Shown here: positions 29,360 through 39,771 of the stretch, one piece after another
Layout of the letters: each line of letters begins with the position of its first letter
Position numbering within the stretch: position 1 is the stretch's first letter
Source of the DNA: Singulisphaera sp. GP187
GTDB taxonomy: Bacteria > Planctomycetota > Planctomycetia > Gemmatales > Gemmataceae
Assembly (NCBI GenBank): GCA_945868575.1
Contig: CAMBMH010000003.1
Coordinates: forward strand, 331 to 64,330
Direction: 5' to 3'
DNA: 64,000 nt
The notes under the pieces: model-generated
Seen by the model: only the letters and a program-made list of their open reading frames with translations
What the model was told of the DNA's origin: nothing
The model's database searches: none
Translations under genes and position numbers: made by a program

Positions 29360-30949
29360 ATGTCCCAGGCAGCACCCGTTCCCGCATCGAACAAATACGA
29401 TGAGGTTCCCTACACCAGCCGGGCATTCATGACCACGCATCCCGAACATCTCGCGACAATGGCGATGATCTTTGGGATGAACCCGACCCCGCTCTCCCGG
29501 GCCCGGGTTCTGGAAATAGGCAGCGCCGCGGGTGGAAACATTTTGCCGGTGGCTTGCGCCAATCCGGGTGGGACTTTTATCGGCATCGACTACTCCAAGG
29601 TGCAGGCCGACCAGGGCGCCCAAATGGTCAGGGACCTTGGAATTTCCAACGCGCAAATCCTGCATCTGGACATTCTTGATTTCGATTGCGCGGCCCATGG
29701 GAAATTCGACTACATCATTTGTCACGGGGTGTTCTCCTGGGTCCCCGAGCCTGTCCGTGAAAAGATCCTGAAGATTTGCAGGGAAACGCTTTCGCCGCAG
29801 GGGATCGCGTATATCAGCTACAATACATATCCCGGATGGAAAATGCGCGAAATCATCCGTGATGTGATGAATTATCACGCCGGGAACCGCTCCACCGCAA
29901 GGGAACAGGTCCAACAGGGAAGGGCCATACTTGATTTCATCCAGAAAAACGCGGAGCCGGACACAGCCTTCAGCAAACTTCTCACCTCCGAAGTGGAAAT
30001 CCTGAAAGCGGCGCCGGACGACTATCTCCTTCACGAACACCTTGAGGAAACCAATGTCCCCTTCTACTTCAAGGACTTCATGGCGGTCGCCCACAGACAT
30101 GGCTTGAACTATGTAGGCGAGTCCCACATCGACGAGATGATGCCACATTTCATGGGCCCCGAAGTCATGCGCGCCCTGGAGACTATTTCAGGCGGAAACA
30201 TCCTCCTTATGGAGCAATACATCGACTTCTTCCGCAACAGGCGTTTCCGTCGCACCATCCTCACCCTTGCCGAAAACACTCCCGCCCTGACCAGACACAT
30301 TGAAGCCAATGTGCTCAAGCGTTTTCATCTTGCGAATTTCTTTCGGATAGAACCTCTTGGCGTGCCGCTTAACGAGGCCCGTGAGCAAACCTTTACAGAT
30401 CCCGAGGGGAGAAACCTCAAGAGCAATGTGCCTGTGGTCCGCGCCGCGCTTTTGACTTTGGCCGAGGAATGGCCGGCGACATTGCGCTTTGATATTTGGC
30501 TCGAAAAAACCCGGGCAAAACTGGGTGGCCCACAAACAAACGACATCACCCTGCTTGATGAACTTCTGGTCAAAGGATTTTGCGGCGGCATGATTCGCCT
30601 TCGCTCAAGCCCGGTCAAAAAGGCAACTCTTCCCGACGACAAGCCAATCGCTTTTGCACCTGCGCGGATCCAGTCACTTGCCATGCAAAACGAGGCCACG
30701 ACCTGCTGGCACAACACCATTCGCATCAACGATCTTCAAAGGGTCATGATTGGACTTCTGGATGGCAAAACCACCATGGAAGAGTTGATGGAGGCCATAA
30801 TTCGAAAATGTCAATCCGGTGAATGGACATTGGGAAACCAAGGGCAACCGGTGACCGATGCCAACCAGATCCGGGCGCTTTTGGCACCGGCCCTTCCCAT
30901 GGCACTGCTCGAACTCCAAAAGTCCGGCATTCTCATCGCGAAAGACTGA
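29360..30949 (+). CDS. Class I SAM-dependent methyltransferase with C-terminal methyltransferase-regulatory-like domain
   Basis: Motif I VLEIGSAAGGNILPVA and FDYIICHGVFSWV, followed by a ~300-aa C-terminal domain. This architecture matches my recollection of Methyltransf + MethyTransf_Reg proteins. Confidence 0.8.
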   Translation: MSQAAPVPASNKYDEVPYTSRAFMTTHPEHLATMAMIFGMNPTPLSRARVLEIGSAAGGNILPVACANPGGTFIGIDYSKVQADQGAQMVRDLGISNAQILHLDILDFDCAAHGKFDYIICHGVFSWVPEPVREKILKICRETLSPQGIAYISYNTYPGWKMREIIRDVMNYHAGNRSTAREQVQQGRAILDFIQKNAEPDTAFSKLLTSEVEILKAAPDDYLLHEHLEETNVPFYFKDFMAVAHRHGLNYVGESHIDEMMPHFMGPEVMRALETISGGNILLMEQYIDFFRNRRFRRTILTLAENTPALTRHIEANVLKRFHLANFFRIEPLGVPLNEAREQTFTDPEGRNLKSNVPVVRAALLTLAEEWPATLRFDIWLEKTRAKLGGPQTNDITLLDELLVKGFCGGMIRLRSSPVKKATLPDDKPIAFAPARIQSLAMQNEATTCWHNTIRINDLQRVMIGLLDGKTTMEELMEAIIRKCQSGEWTLGNQGQPVTDANQIRALLAPALPMALLELQKSGILIAKD

Positions 30950-30955
30950 TCCTCC

Positions 30956-32104
30956 GTGGCCAACGACACTCATCCCGCTGATTGCCTTACCGTTCCAGTG
31001 AATTTGGGAGAACGATCCTACAAAATTGTTCTCCCTGGAGCGGGTCACCCATGGCCCGGGGATTCCGCAACGGATTTCCCGACCCAGTCCCCGGGCGGAT
31101 TGGCCCGATCCAGAAACAAAAGCGGACTTGCTTTCGTGGTGGCCGACCGGGGCGCGGCCCCGCACCTGGCCAGCCTTAAAGCCTCCCTGGAAAAAGCAGG
31201 CTACCGGGTCGAATCGACCATTCTCGATCCGGGCGAGGGTCAAAAGTCACTGACGGTGGCCGCCTCGCTTTATGAAAAACTTCTCGACCTCAAAGCCGAT
31301 CGCAAAACTCTCCTGGCGGCCCTTGGGGGCGGCGTGACGGGTGACCTGACTGGATATGTCGCGGCGACCTATCTCCGTGGACTTCCTTTTCTCATGGTGC
31401 CCACGACCCTTTTGAGCATGGTCGACAGCTCCGTCGGCGGGAAAACCGGGGTCAACCTGTCCCGAGGCAAGAACCTGGTCGGGTGCTTTCACCAGCCGGT
31501 CGGCGTCTGGATCGACATCGGCACCCTCAAGACCCTCCCCGATCGAGAATTTCGCAGCGGCTTGGCTGAGGTCGTCAAATATGGCATGATTATGGATGCT
31601 CCCTTTCTCGAAATCCTCGAACAAAATGTAGCTCCACTTATGGCCCGGGATCCGGCGATTCTTGGCCCGGTGGTGGCCCGTTGTTGTGAACTCAAGGCGG
31701 ATGTCGTCTCCAAGGATGAACGCGAGGAGACCGGTCTGCGCGCCATACTCAACTACGGCCACACCTTTGCCCATGCGTACGAAACCGTCGCGGGCTACGG
31801 CGCCTGGTTTCATGGCGAGGCGGTTTCCGCCGGGATGCAAGCGGCGGCGAAATTGGCCGCGGCCAGGGGCCTCATCCCTTCGGAATTGGTGGACAGGCAA
31901 CGGCGTCTTTTGGAGGCTTTTGGCCTTCCCGTTGAACGCGATCCCACCTGGCCTGTCGATACCATGATCGAAATCATGCGTTCCGACAAAAAAGCCGAAG
32001 CGGGACAACTTCGGTTCATCCTTCCGGTGCGGGCGGGTGAAGTCCGCCTCTTCGCGGATGTCACCGTGGCGGAAGTCGTCGCCGCGCTTGGCCCTTCCAA
32101 GTAG
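30956..32104 (+). CDS. aroB: 3-dehydroquinate synthase
   Basis: GGGVTGDLTGYVAATYLRGLPFLMVPTTLLSMVDSSVGGKTGVNL, KNLVGCFHQP, LNYGHTFAHAYE, HGEAVSAGM. GTG start. Confidence 0.93.
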   Translation: MANDTHPADCLTVPVNLGERSYKIVLPGAGHPWPGDSATDFPTQSPGGLARSRNKSGLAFVVADRGAAPHLASLKASLEKAGYRVESTILDPGEGQKSLTVAASLYEKLLDLKADRKTLLAALGGGVTGDLTGYVAATYLRGLPFLMVPTTLLSMVDSSVGGKTGVNLSRGKNLVGCFHQPVGVWIDIGTLKTLPDREFRSGLAEVVKYGMIMDAPFLEILEQNVAPLMARDPAILGPVVARCCELKADVVSKDEREETGLRAILNYGHTFAHAYETVAGYGAWFHGEAVSAGMQAAAKLAAARGLIPSELVDRQRRLLEAFGLPVERDPTWPVDTMIEIMRSDKKAEAGQLRFILPVRAGEVRLFADVTVAEVVAALGPSK

Positions 32105-32258
32105 GCCATTAATTCGAGGCATTGCCCCGTTTATGGCTCAACCTCCCGAGAAAAACTCTTTAGGATACACCCAAGGCATTTTTTGTATGATTTCCCCTGA
32201 ATGGTGTTTGCGTTCCCATCAGGCCTGATCGATCCGGACCACCCCAAGGAATCGAGCG

Positions 32259-33566
32259 ATGAAACAGCTATTGGCAGGCGTGTTGGTTTTGACCAGTTGG
32301 GCGTTTGGCGTTCTCAATCCGGCGACGGCCCAGGTATTTGAATATTCCTATCCCGGATCGGACAAAAGCGGGGAGCTGATTTATCCCGTCCGGCACATTC
32401 TCTGGATCCCTCCCGGCCTCAAAACGGTACGGGGAATCATCGTCCACCAGCACGGTTGTGGCGAGGGAGCCTGCAAGGGGGGCGCGACCGCCGCGTTTGA
32501 TCTTCATTGGCGTGAACTCGCCAGGCGAAATGATTGCGCGCTCCTTGGCCCGACCTACTCCCAAAAGGACAAGGATGATTGCCGCAAATGGTGCGACCCC
32601 CGGAACGGCTCCGAGGCGGTGTTCCTGGCGGCGCTTGAGGATTTGGCCAAAAAGTCGGGTCATCCCGAAATCGCCAAAGCCCCCTGGTGTCTATGGGGGC
32701 ACTCCGGTGGTGGTTTCTGGGCAAGCATCCTGATGGCCCGCCATCCCGGCCGAATCGTCGCCGTCTGGTGCCGCTCGGGCACCGCTTATCCCGTCTGGAC
32801 CAGCGGCCAAATTCCAAAAGTGGATGTCCCCAAAGAGACCTATGGGATCCCTGTTGTGATGAATCCGGGGTTCCGGGAAAAAGGGGACAAGCGCTTTGAT
32901 GGGGCCTGGACCGGGGCCGAGGCCATGTTCGCCGCCTGGCGAAAAAATGACGCTCCCGCGCTCTTCGCGCCCGATCCCAGATCCGCCCACGATTGTGGCG
33001 ATAGCCGATATCTCGCCATTCCCTGGTTTGACGCCTGCCTGAAGGCCCGATTGGGACCGGATGGATCACTCAAGCCGATTGATTCCCAATCGGGATTCTG
33101 GGTCGGTCCGGATAACCGACCAATTCCCGCAAACGAATTCAAAGGGGAATTGCCAAAAGCCGGTTGGATCCCAGGCAAAGCGGTCGCTGATGCCTTTGTC
33201 GATTATGTCATTAGCGGGACAGTCGCCGATCTGACGCCCCCGCCCGCTCCACGGGGTGTGAATGTCCGGCCCGGTGGTATGCCGAAAACCCTGATTATCA
33301 GTTGGGAAGCCGACGCCGACTTCGAGAGCGGGATCCGCGCTTTTGAGATCCGCAAAAATGGGAAAATGATCGCCACACTCCCGGAAAAACCGGTTGCGAC
33401 TTTTGGTCGGCCCCTTTTCCAGGGGCTCAGTTATCACGACACGCCGAATGCCCCGCTTCCCCCGCTCGAATACAAAGACCTTGAGGGGGGCGACCCTTCC
33501 ACGACCCAGTACGAAGTCATTACCATCAACAGCGCCGGACTCCGCTCGAAAGCCGGAAAGCCTTGA
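32259..33566 (+). CDS. Secreted alpha/beta-hydrolase (esterase-like) with C-terminal Fn3-like domain
   Basis: Signal peptide and nucleophile elbow WGHSGGG. The C-terminal ~100 aa are beta-rich (LTPPPAPRGVNVRP...ISWEADADFESGIRAFEI). Confidence 0.65.
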   Translation: MKQLLAGVLVLTSWAFGVLNPATAQVFEYSYPGSDKSGELIYPVRHILWIPPGLKTVRGIIVHQHGCGEGACKGGATAAFDLHWRELARRNDCALLGPTYSQKDKDDCRKWCDPRNGSEAVFLAALEDLAKKSGHPEIAKAPWCLWGHSGGGFWASILMARHPGRIVAVWCRSGTAYPVWTSGQIPKVDVPKETYGIPVVMNPGFREKGDKRFDGAWTGAEAMFAAWRKNDAPALFAPDPRSAHDCGDSRYLAIPWFDACLKARLGPDGSLKPIDSQSGFWVGPDNRPIPANEFKGELPKAGWIPGKAVADAFVDYVISGTVADLTPPPAPRGVNVRPGGMPKTLIISWEADADFESGIRAFEIRKNGKMIATLPEKPVATFGRPLFQGLSYHDTPNAPLPPLEYKDLEGGDPSTTQYEVITINSAGLRSKAGKP

Positions 33567-33586
33567 TCCTTTTGGATGCCTCCACC

Positions 33587-34483
33587 ATGAACCGAAGAGA
33601 TGCCATGACCCTCACCGCCGCCGCGGGACTCACCCCGGGACTCCTTTCCGCCAACACCCCCGATCCGGGCAGTTTACGCCAATCCATTGTCGCCTGGTGC
33701 TGGCGAAGCTTTGGAACCAAATGGTCTCTGGAACAGGTTTGCCAGGCCGCCAGGGACTCCGGTTGCCAATCTGTCGAACTGGTCACACCGGACGAATGGC
33801 CGACCCTGAAGAAATATGGTCTGGCTTGCGCCATTGCGACCAACAACACAGGCTGGGCCAAAGGTTTCAACAACCCCGCGATCATCGACGAAGTCCGCTC
33901 CCTCACCACAAAGGCCATCGAGGACGCCGCGAAAGAGGGGATTGGATCGGTGATCGGTTTTGTCGGTTCCAAATACATCAAGCCAGGCGACCCCAAAAGT
34001 GGTGTCATCGCCAGGGACGAAGGGTACAAACACTGCGTCAAAACGCTGAAAGAAATGGCGAAGGTCGCCGAAAAGCACAAAGTCACGCTTTGCATCGAAC
34101 ATTTGAACAGCCGGGATGATAGCCACCCCATGAAAGGGCATCCCGAATACATGGGGGACAACCTCGACGAGGTCGTCAACCTCATCAAGGAGGTCGGTTC
34201 GCCTCGCATCAAGATCCTTTTTGACATCTATCATGTGCAAATCATGCACGGCGATCTCATTCGGCGTATCAAGCAGCTAGGCGACCTGATCGGCCATGTC
34301 CACACAGCCGGCAATCCCGGAAGGTGCGAACTCGACCCCAACCAGGAAATCCAGTACAAGCCCGTGATCCAGGCGCTCTGGAATTCAGGCTATCGGGGCT
34401 TCATCGGCCACGAGTTTTTGCCCACAAGGGACGCCATGGGCGGACTGATCCAGGCGGTCACCACCTGCGCCATTTCCGGTTAA
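33587..34483 (+). CDS. Tat-signal xylose-isomerase-like TIM-barrel protein (hydroxypyruvate-isomerase-like)
   Basis: Twin-arginine leader MNRRDAMTLTAAAGL; CIEHLNSRDDSHPMKGHP, FDIYHVQIMHGD, HTAGNPGRCE, GHEF. Confidence 0.85.
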   Translation: MNRRDAMTLTAAAGLTPGLLSANTPDPGSLRQSIVAWCWRSFGTKWSLEQVCQAARDSGCQSVELVTPDEWPTLKKYGLACAIATNNTGWAKGFNNPAIIDEVRSLTTKAIEDAAKEGIGSVIGFVGSKYIKPGDPKSGVIARDEGYKHCVKTLKEMAKVAEKHKVTLCIEHLNSRDDSHPMKGHPEYMGDNLDEVVNLIKEVGSPRIKILFDIYHVQIMHGDLIRRIKQLGDLIGHVHTAGNPGRCELDPNQEIQYKPVIQALWNSGYRGFIGHEFLPTRDAMGGLIQAVTTCAISG

Positions 34484-34510
34484 CCTGTCCCGGTTGGATT
34501 TTGGAAAGAC

Positions 34511-34555
34511 AAAAAAAGACCCGGTGGAATGTTTTCCGCCGGGTCTTTGCGTTTT
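34511..34555. terminator. Bidirectional intrinsic terminator between convergent genes
   Basis: An A7 tract, then the 11-bp stem agacccggtgg / ccgccgggtct (one G-U pair, 8-nt loop), then tttgcgtttt. Sits between the stops at 34483 (+) and 34574 (-). Confidence 0.7.
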
Positions 34556-34573
34556 CAACAAATCCCTGTTTCA

Positions 34574-35884
34574 CTATTCCAGGTTGAAGGTGAAGGAGCT
34601 GCCATCACCCTTTGGAACATCGATCACCAAAGGGGTCGTTGCCCCGCTGCGGAATCGTTCGGGAATTGGATTTTCAACGGCCTTTTTGTTCGGATCGACA
34701 ACAAGTGAAGGCGCTGGAACGAAGTGAACCTTGTACTTGCCTGGCTTCAAACCGGGAGCTCCACGGTTCGCATAAACCTCGAAAGTACCTTTCATGGAGG
34801 TCCTGGCATTGCCCGAGTAGGGGCGGGTCTTGGCATCGGCGGGGATTTCGGTGAACACAGCCAAAAGGCCCTCTGCGGGTTTCCCCAGAAGGCTGGCGGT
34901 CCCATATACCCTGGTCAATTCCTTGGGTACGGCTTCTTCCCGTCCGGTTTCGGTGCTCTCAAAAGGAGAAAGGTCTTCCTTGTAGATCCCGTCGAGGTTG
35001 ATGTGGCTGATCACTGGGCCGTCCTTTTTGACGGTTACCCATGCCACTTGGTCAAACTCGCCATATTCCACCCCACGCATGGAGCTGCCCCCTCCGGTGG
35101 TTGCGAGTTGATAAAGATTCCGGCCTTTGCGGACAAACTTGCGGAAGGTGTGAATATGACCACAGAAAATGGTCGTTGCCCGATCGCCGAGCAGTTCCTC
35201 AATGCCATCCCAACCGTTGGCCTTGGTATCCTTTGCAGCCCAGATGGGGTGGTGCAAAAAGACGAAAGTGTGTTGGACATTGGGATTGTCCTTGATCGCG
35301 CCTGCCACTCGCTCCAACTGTTCCTTGCCAATCCGCTCCTTGCGGAAGCTTGAGGCTACCTTGGGATCTTCTCCGTTTTCGTCGTTTGTGTTAAGCGTGA
35401 TGAAAAGGCAATTCTTGTAGGTAAAGTGGTACGATTTGCGTCCATACTTTTCTTTCCAAACAGCGGAGAGGGCAGGATTCGCGGCGTCGTGGTTGCCAGT
35501 AACATAAAAGAAAGGCATCTGGAACTGGCTGGTGTACGAGTTGAATTCGTTCCATTGTTCCCGGTTGACCTTTGGATCCTGGGATCCTTCAATCAGGTCA
35601 CCAACCGACATGACAAATTCAGGCTGGAGCAGGTTAATTTGTTGCACCGCTTTGGAGAAAACTCCGGGGCGATGTCCTCCCGTCCGGTCAGAGATGATTG
35701 CGAATTGAAATTGTTCCGGGGCCGCATTGGGCTTCAGACCGGTAAAAGGATTCTTTTCTTCGACCTGGATCTGGAATCCCTCGGCGACTTGCTTGGGACT
35801 CGATTGGTAACCGGTGCTTCTGGAAAGAAACACCGCCCCACCAAGAGCAAATGCAACAAAAATACCAAGCGTAAAGCGTCTCAT
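34574..35884 (-). CDS. Calcineurin-like metallophosphoesterase with C-terminal beta-sandwich
   Basis: Start MRRFTLGIFVAF at 35884. Motifs ISDRTGGH, VGDLIEG, VTGNHD, FLHHP, CGHIHT. Confidence 0.8.
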   Translation of the reverse strand: MRRFTLGIFVAFALGGAVFLSRSTGYQSSPKQVAEGFQIQVEEKNPFTGLKPNAAPEQFQFAIISDRTGGHRPGVFSKAVQQINLLQPEFVMSVGDLIEGSQDPKVNREQWNEFNSYTSQFQMPFFYVTGNHDAANPALSAVWKEKYGRKSYHFTYKNCLFITLNTNDENGEDPKVASSFRKERIGKEQLERVAGAIKDNPNVQHTFVFLHHPIWAAKDTKANGWDGIEELLGDRATTIFCGHIHTFRKFVRKGRNLYQLATTGGGSSMRGVEYGEFDQVAWVTVKKDGPVISHINLDGIYKEDLSPFESTETGREEAVPKELTRVYGTASLLGKPAEGLLAVFTEIPADAKTRPYSGNARTSMKGTFEVYANRGAPGLKPGKYKVHFVPAPSLVVDPNKKAVENPIPERFRSGATTPLVIDVPKGDGSSFTFNLE

Positions 35885-35988
35885 GTGAGCCCTCTTGAGA
35901 GGATAATCCATCCGAAAAAATCGGAAAATTGACATTAGGTCAGTTTAACCCGAATGGCTCACGGGTTCGAAGAAGTTTGGATGAAATC

Positions 35989-37536
35989 CTAGGGACGAAG
36001 ATTGACCGGTTCCCAAATGGGTTGTCTTGGTCCGGGTCGGCTCCGCCCATTTGCCACAATCTCCCCCAATTCCTTTTCCAAGGCGGCCACTTTGGCGGGA
36101 TCATCCCCGAAAAGGTTCCATTTCTCCCCAATATCCCGCGACAAATCAAACAATTGGCTGGGTGGAAGATTTTTTGCGATTGCCGACCTCGGCTGTGGGG
36201 CACTCCACCCCCCCGAATCCGGGCAAAGGCACAGTTTCCACGAACCCCTTCGAATCGCAAACGACCCATTGATCGAATGGTGAACAATTGACTCGCGCCG
36301 TGGTCTTTCCCGTTTTTCGATCGGATGAATCAATCCAAAAAGGTCGGCGAAGCTGAAACTGTCTTCGGCAGCATTGTCCGGAAGGCTCGACTTGGTAATT
36401 TCCGCAAATGTTGACATCAGATCTGTGAGGCAAACCAAACGGTCACTCGATTTTCCCTTGGCGATTTTTCCCGGCCAACGGACAAGAAAAGGCACCCGGT
36501 GACCCCCTTCGAAAATATCCGCTTTGTGTCCACGGAAGTGGTAGTTCGGATTGTGCCCTTTCACCAACAGGGCAGGCAAATCCGCCATGGGAGAACATCC
36601 ATTGTCACTGGTGACCAGAAACAGTGTATTGTCTGCGAACCCCGCTTTTTCGACCGCGTTGGCGACCTTTCCAATTGCTTCATCCGTTTCCATCACAAAA
36701 TCGGCATAAGGATTGAGTCCACTCTTCCCCTGAAATGGATCCGTTGGAAGCACAGGCGTATGAGGAGAAGCAAGTGGCAGGTAAAGAAAAAAGGGAGTGT
36801 CCTTCGATCGGGAACCAATGTATTCGACAGCTTTCCCTGTCAGGTCGGGGAGTACCTTGGCCGCGTCAAATCCCGGCGAGGCTGGTCCTTTGCGCGTTTT
36901 TCCTTTGGTTTTGCCAAGCATCATCGCGAATTCCGCTTCCCCGGTCGGCTGCTCTTTCAGCCTGTCGTTTTCGATGTACGCATAAGGAACCATGTCGAGC
37001 GAGGCGCTAATCCCAAAGAAATAATCAAAACCTAACGAATTTGGACCATTTTTTATCGTCTTTGTATAATCCACATTGCGGTTCTGCCCCGGGCTTTCAA
37101 TACCCAACTCGGTGACCTTTTTTCCGGGCAGTTTTTCCCAATCCATACCCACATGCCATTTGCCTATCGCGGCAGTCTGATAACCCTTGTCTTTTAGCAA
37201 TTGCGCGATCGTCAGACGACCCGGCTCAATCAGTCTTGGACTCAGACCACCAAGCACGCCGCTTTTTAGCTTGCCTCGCCACGCATACCGACCGCAGAGA
37301 AGGCCATACCTCGTAGGGGAACAGACCGCCGACCCCGAATGCGCATCCGTAAATACCATCCCTTCCCCGGCGATTTTATCCATCTGTGGCGTCGGAATCT
37401 TTCCCTTGGGGTTAAGGCACGAAACATCCCCGAATCCCAAATCATCACAAAGAATCACAACAATGTTTGGGCGAACCGGCGCTGTTGTCGGCAAAGGCTG
37501 AGCGCATATCCAAACAATCAGAAAAGCCAGGGACAT
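35989..37536 (-). CDS. Arylsulfatase (Cys-type)
   Basis: NIVVILCDDLGFGDVS, active-site CSPTRYGLLCGRY, GKWHVG. Confidence 0.9.
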   Translation of the reverse strand: MSLAFLIVWICAQPLPTTAPVRPNIVVILCDDLGFGDVSCLNPKGKIPTPQMDKIAGEGMVFTDAHSGSAVCSPTRYGLLCGRYAWRGKLKSGVLGGLSPRLIEPGRLTIAQLLKDKGYQTAAIGKWHVGMDWEKLPGKKVTELGIESPGQNRNVDYTKTIKNGPNSLGFDYFFGISASLDMVPYAYIENDRLKEQPTGEAEFAMMLGKTKGKTRKGPASPGFDAAKVLPDLTGKAVEYIGSRSKDTPFFLYLPLASPHTPVLPTDPFQGKSGLNPYADFVMETDEAIGKVANAVEKAGFADNTLFLVTSDNGCSPMADLPALLVKGHNPNYHFRGHKADIFEGGHRVPFLVRWPGKIAKGKSSDRLVCLTDLMSTFAEITKSSLPDNAAEDSFSFADLFGLIHPIEKRERPRRESIVHHSINGSFAIRRGSWKLCLCPDSGGWSAPQPRSAIAKNLPPSQLFDLSRDIGEKWNLFGDDPAKVAALEKELGEIVANGRSRPGPRQPIWEPVNLRP

Positions 37537-37720
37537 AGCAAACTACCCCAAAAAACAAAAAATGGAACTACATGTCGTTGATCACGAAAATTCTGGATCT
37601 GCCAGCCTGTGTCCAAGTGGTTTTTGACTTTTGCGGTTTCGCAACCCCAAAGCTCCAAGTATCCAAAGAACAAACAGAACACCGTAACCAAACTTATACG
37701 GTTTCCTGGTTCCCACAAGT

Positions 37721-37772
37721 GGGGGGGGGCCCCGGGCAAGAACTCATTGGGGGCCCCCCCAAGAATCCCCCC
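37721..37772. repeat. Cluster of G/C homopolymer tracts (G9-C4-G3, G5-C7, C6) in a divergent intergenic region
   Basis: Read directly: gggggggggccccggg at 37721-37736, gggggccccccc at 37749-37760, cccccc at 37767-37772. Confidence 0.9.
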
Positions 37773-37986
37773 AAAGGCGTATCCTAGATTCTGAGGGCGT
37801 ATACCAATCGCATGGGGCAAACCATGGATCGGGATTTCGGTACGGGAGGCGCCCACAAGGGGTGATGATACCATTGGTCGAAAACCCCCGCCAGACACGC
37901 CAACTCATAGCCCCCCAAAATAGGGACTCAACCGGGCCGACTTTGCTTGTGAGTCTATATTTGGGAGCCTACTCAGGGGACGCATA

Positions 37987-39771
37987 ATGCCCGCATCTTC
38001 TAATAATTGGTCTGCGCGGTCCCCCGGATTCCATTCGCTCCGTGGGGTCGAGGTTCTTTGCACCATTGGTTTTGCCGCGTCCTTGGTCCTTTTTTTTGTA
38101 ATGATTTCCACGCCTATCCAGGCGCAAAACCCGGCTCCCGGCTTACCCCCCCCATCCGAGGCGGATCGGCTCGTCCTCATCGAAGATAAAATCCCTACCG
38201 ATCCGGCCGGCCTTGCCTTGTGGCTTGTGGCACGCTCACCCGGGGACAAGGAGATGGCACGCCTTGATCTACTCATCGCCCAGTTAGGCGATGAGGATTT
38301 CGCCCGCCGGGAACAAGCCACCAAGGATCTGACCGCTTATGGCAATCGGGCCCTTGCGGCACTCCGGATCGCTGTTAAAAACAAGGATCCCGAAGTGAAA
38401 AGCCGGGCACAGGAAGCCCTCAACCAGATCGAAATCGGCACCTCCTCGCTGGTACAGGCTGCCGCTCTCAGACATTTCGGACGCATCACTCGCGATAGAC
38501 AAAATGGCGCAGAGAATACGGCTCGGCCCGATGAAATCCTAATGGCGTTTTTCAGGACAGGGGAAAGTCCAATCCTCATCGAAGCGGCCCGGGATGCTCT
38601 GGCAATGCTTTCGACCAACTGGAACGAACCCACTCCCGCGGTGGTGGAAGCCCTCAAATCCCGATCCCCGGCCCTTCAGGGGGAAATCCTCCGGAGCCTG
38701 CTTCAAAACCGCCGGGAATTCGCCATTCCCCTAGCCAAGGCGCGCCTTAGTCAAGCCGATCCCGAGATTCGCGCCCGGGCCGCGTTTGCCCTTGCCTACA
38801 CCGGAACCGACCTGAATGCCATGGGTCCACTATTGGACCACATGGAGGTCCTGGATGAAGCGACTTTTGCCCTTGTCGAGGACTTGGGTTATCGGTTGGG
38901 CGAAGCGGGCACACCCGCACCCTTTCCAATGACCACTGCGCCAGAACGCAAAATCCGTGCGGATGCTTGGCGAAAATGGTGGAGCGAGTCAAAAGACAAA
39001 CGCCTAAGTCTTCGGCCCCCCCTTACCCCAGGCGGCCCAGCCGGTTCGACCATGGTGGTGATGCTCGATGCCGGACGCATCGTGGATCTTGATATCAATA
39101 AAAAAGCTCGTTTTGACATCAAGGAACTACAATTTCCCCTCGATGCCCAACTCCTTTCCGGCCCAAGGGTCCTCGTCGCCGAGCATGGCGCCAACAAAGT
39201 CTCGGAACGGGACGCCCAAGGAAACATTCTCTGGGCCAAAGGGATCGAAGAGCCCCTTGTCTGCCAAAGGCTTGCTTCGGGAAATACCTTCATCGCCAAT
39301 ATCGAAGGCTTTGTCGAAGTGGACCATTCCGGTGCGGAGGTCGTTAAGTTTCGTCCCAAAAATGATGAACGACTTATGAAAGCACAAAGGCGCGCGGACG
39401 GCTTCACCGCGTTGATACTGCAATCTGCCCTGGGAGAGGATTCAAGGTTGGTATGGCTCGATCCAACCCTACGCGAACGAGCAAGTTTCCCCGTTCAGGT
39501 CCGCACCTCAGGCGGCAGGATCGAAACCCTTCCGGGGGATGAGGTCCTTTTGCCTGAACTCGAAAACAACCGAATCGTCCGCTACGACTCCACGGGAAAA
39601 GTCACCTGGAAAGCCGAACTCGAACAACCGGTCGCCGCAGTCCGCACCCCCGCGGGCACCATCCTTGCCAACTGCAAGACCCTTCGCGGAGCCGTGGAAC
39701 TTAATGAGGATGGGAAAGAGATTTGGTCCTTCCAGACAGATACACGAGTCACCAGGGCCTGGCGACGCTAA
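37987..39771 (+). CDS. Membrane-anchored HEAT-like repeat + beta-propeller protein
   Basis: TM VLCTIGFAASLVLFFVMI. HEAT-like LGDEDFARREQATKDLTAYGNRALAALRIAVKNKDPEVKSRAQEAL. The C-terminal ~270 aa have a repetitive beta-strand pattern (PQQ/NHL-like). Confidence 0.7.
   Translation: MPASSNNWSARSPGFHSLRGVEVLCTIGFAASLVLFFVMISTPIQAQNPAPGLPPPSEADRLVLIEDKIPTDPAGLALWLVARSPGDKEMARLDLLIAQLGDEDFARREQATKDLTAYGNRALAALRIAVKNKDPEVKSRAQEALNQIEIGTSSLVQAAALRHFGRITRDRQNGAENTARPDEILMAFFRTGESPILIEAARDALAMLSTNWNEPTPAVVEALKSRSPALQGEILRSLLQNRREFAIPLAKARLSQADPEIRARAAFALAYTGTDLNAMGPLLDHMEVLDEATFALVEDLGYRLGEAGTPAPFPMTTAPERKIRADAWRKWWSESKDKRLSLRPPLTPGGPAGSTMVVMLDAGRIVDLDINKKARFDIKELQFPLDAQLLSGPRVLVAEHGANKVSERDAQGNILWAKGIEEPLVCQRLASGNTFIANIEGFVEVDHSGAEVVKFRPKNDERLMKAQRRADGFTALILQSALGEDSRLVWLDPTLRERASFPVQVRTSGGRIETLPGDEVLLPELENNRIVRYDSTGKVTWKAELEQPVAAVRTPAGTILANCKTLRGAVELNEDGKEIWSFQTDTRVTRAWRR

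Noticed and set aside
28111-32122. Minus-strand ORFs 28111..28854, 29291..30148, 30674..31243 and 31247..32122, opposite trxB, the methyltransferase and aroB.
   Set aside because: Shadow ORFs of confidently identified plus-strand genes.
37518-37898. 126-aa ORF spanning the G/C homopolymer region.
   Set aside because: The product is Gly/Pro-rich, driven by the homopolymer tracts, and the ORF overlaps the sulfatase start region. No coding signal.
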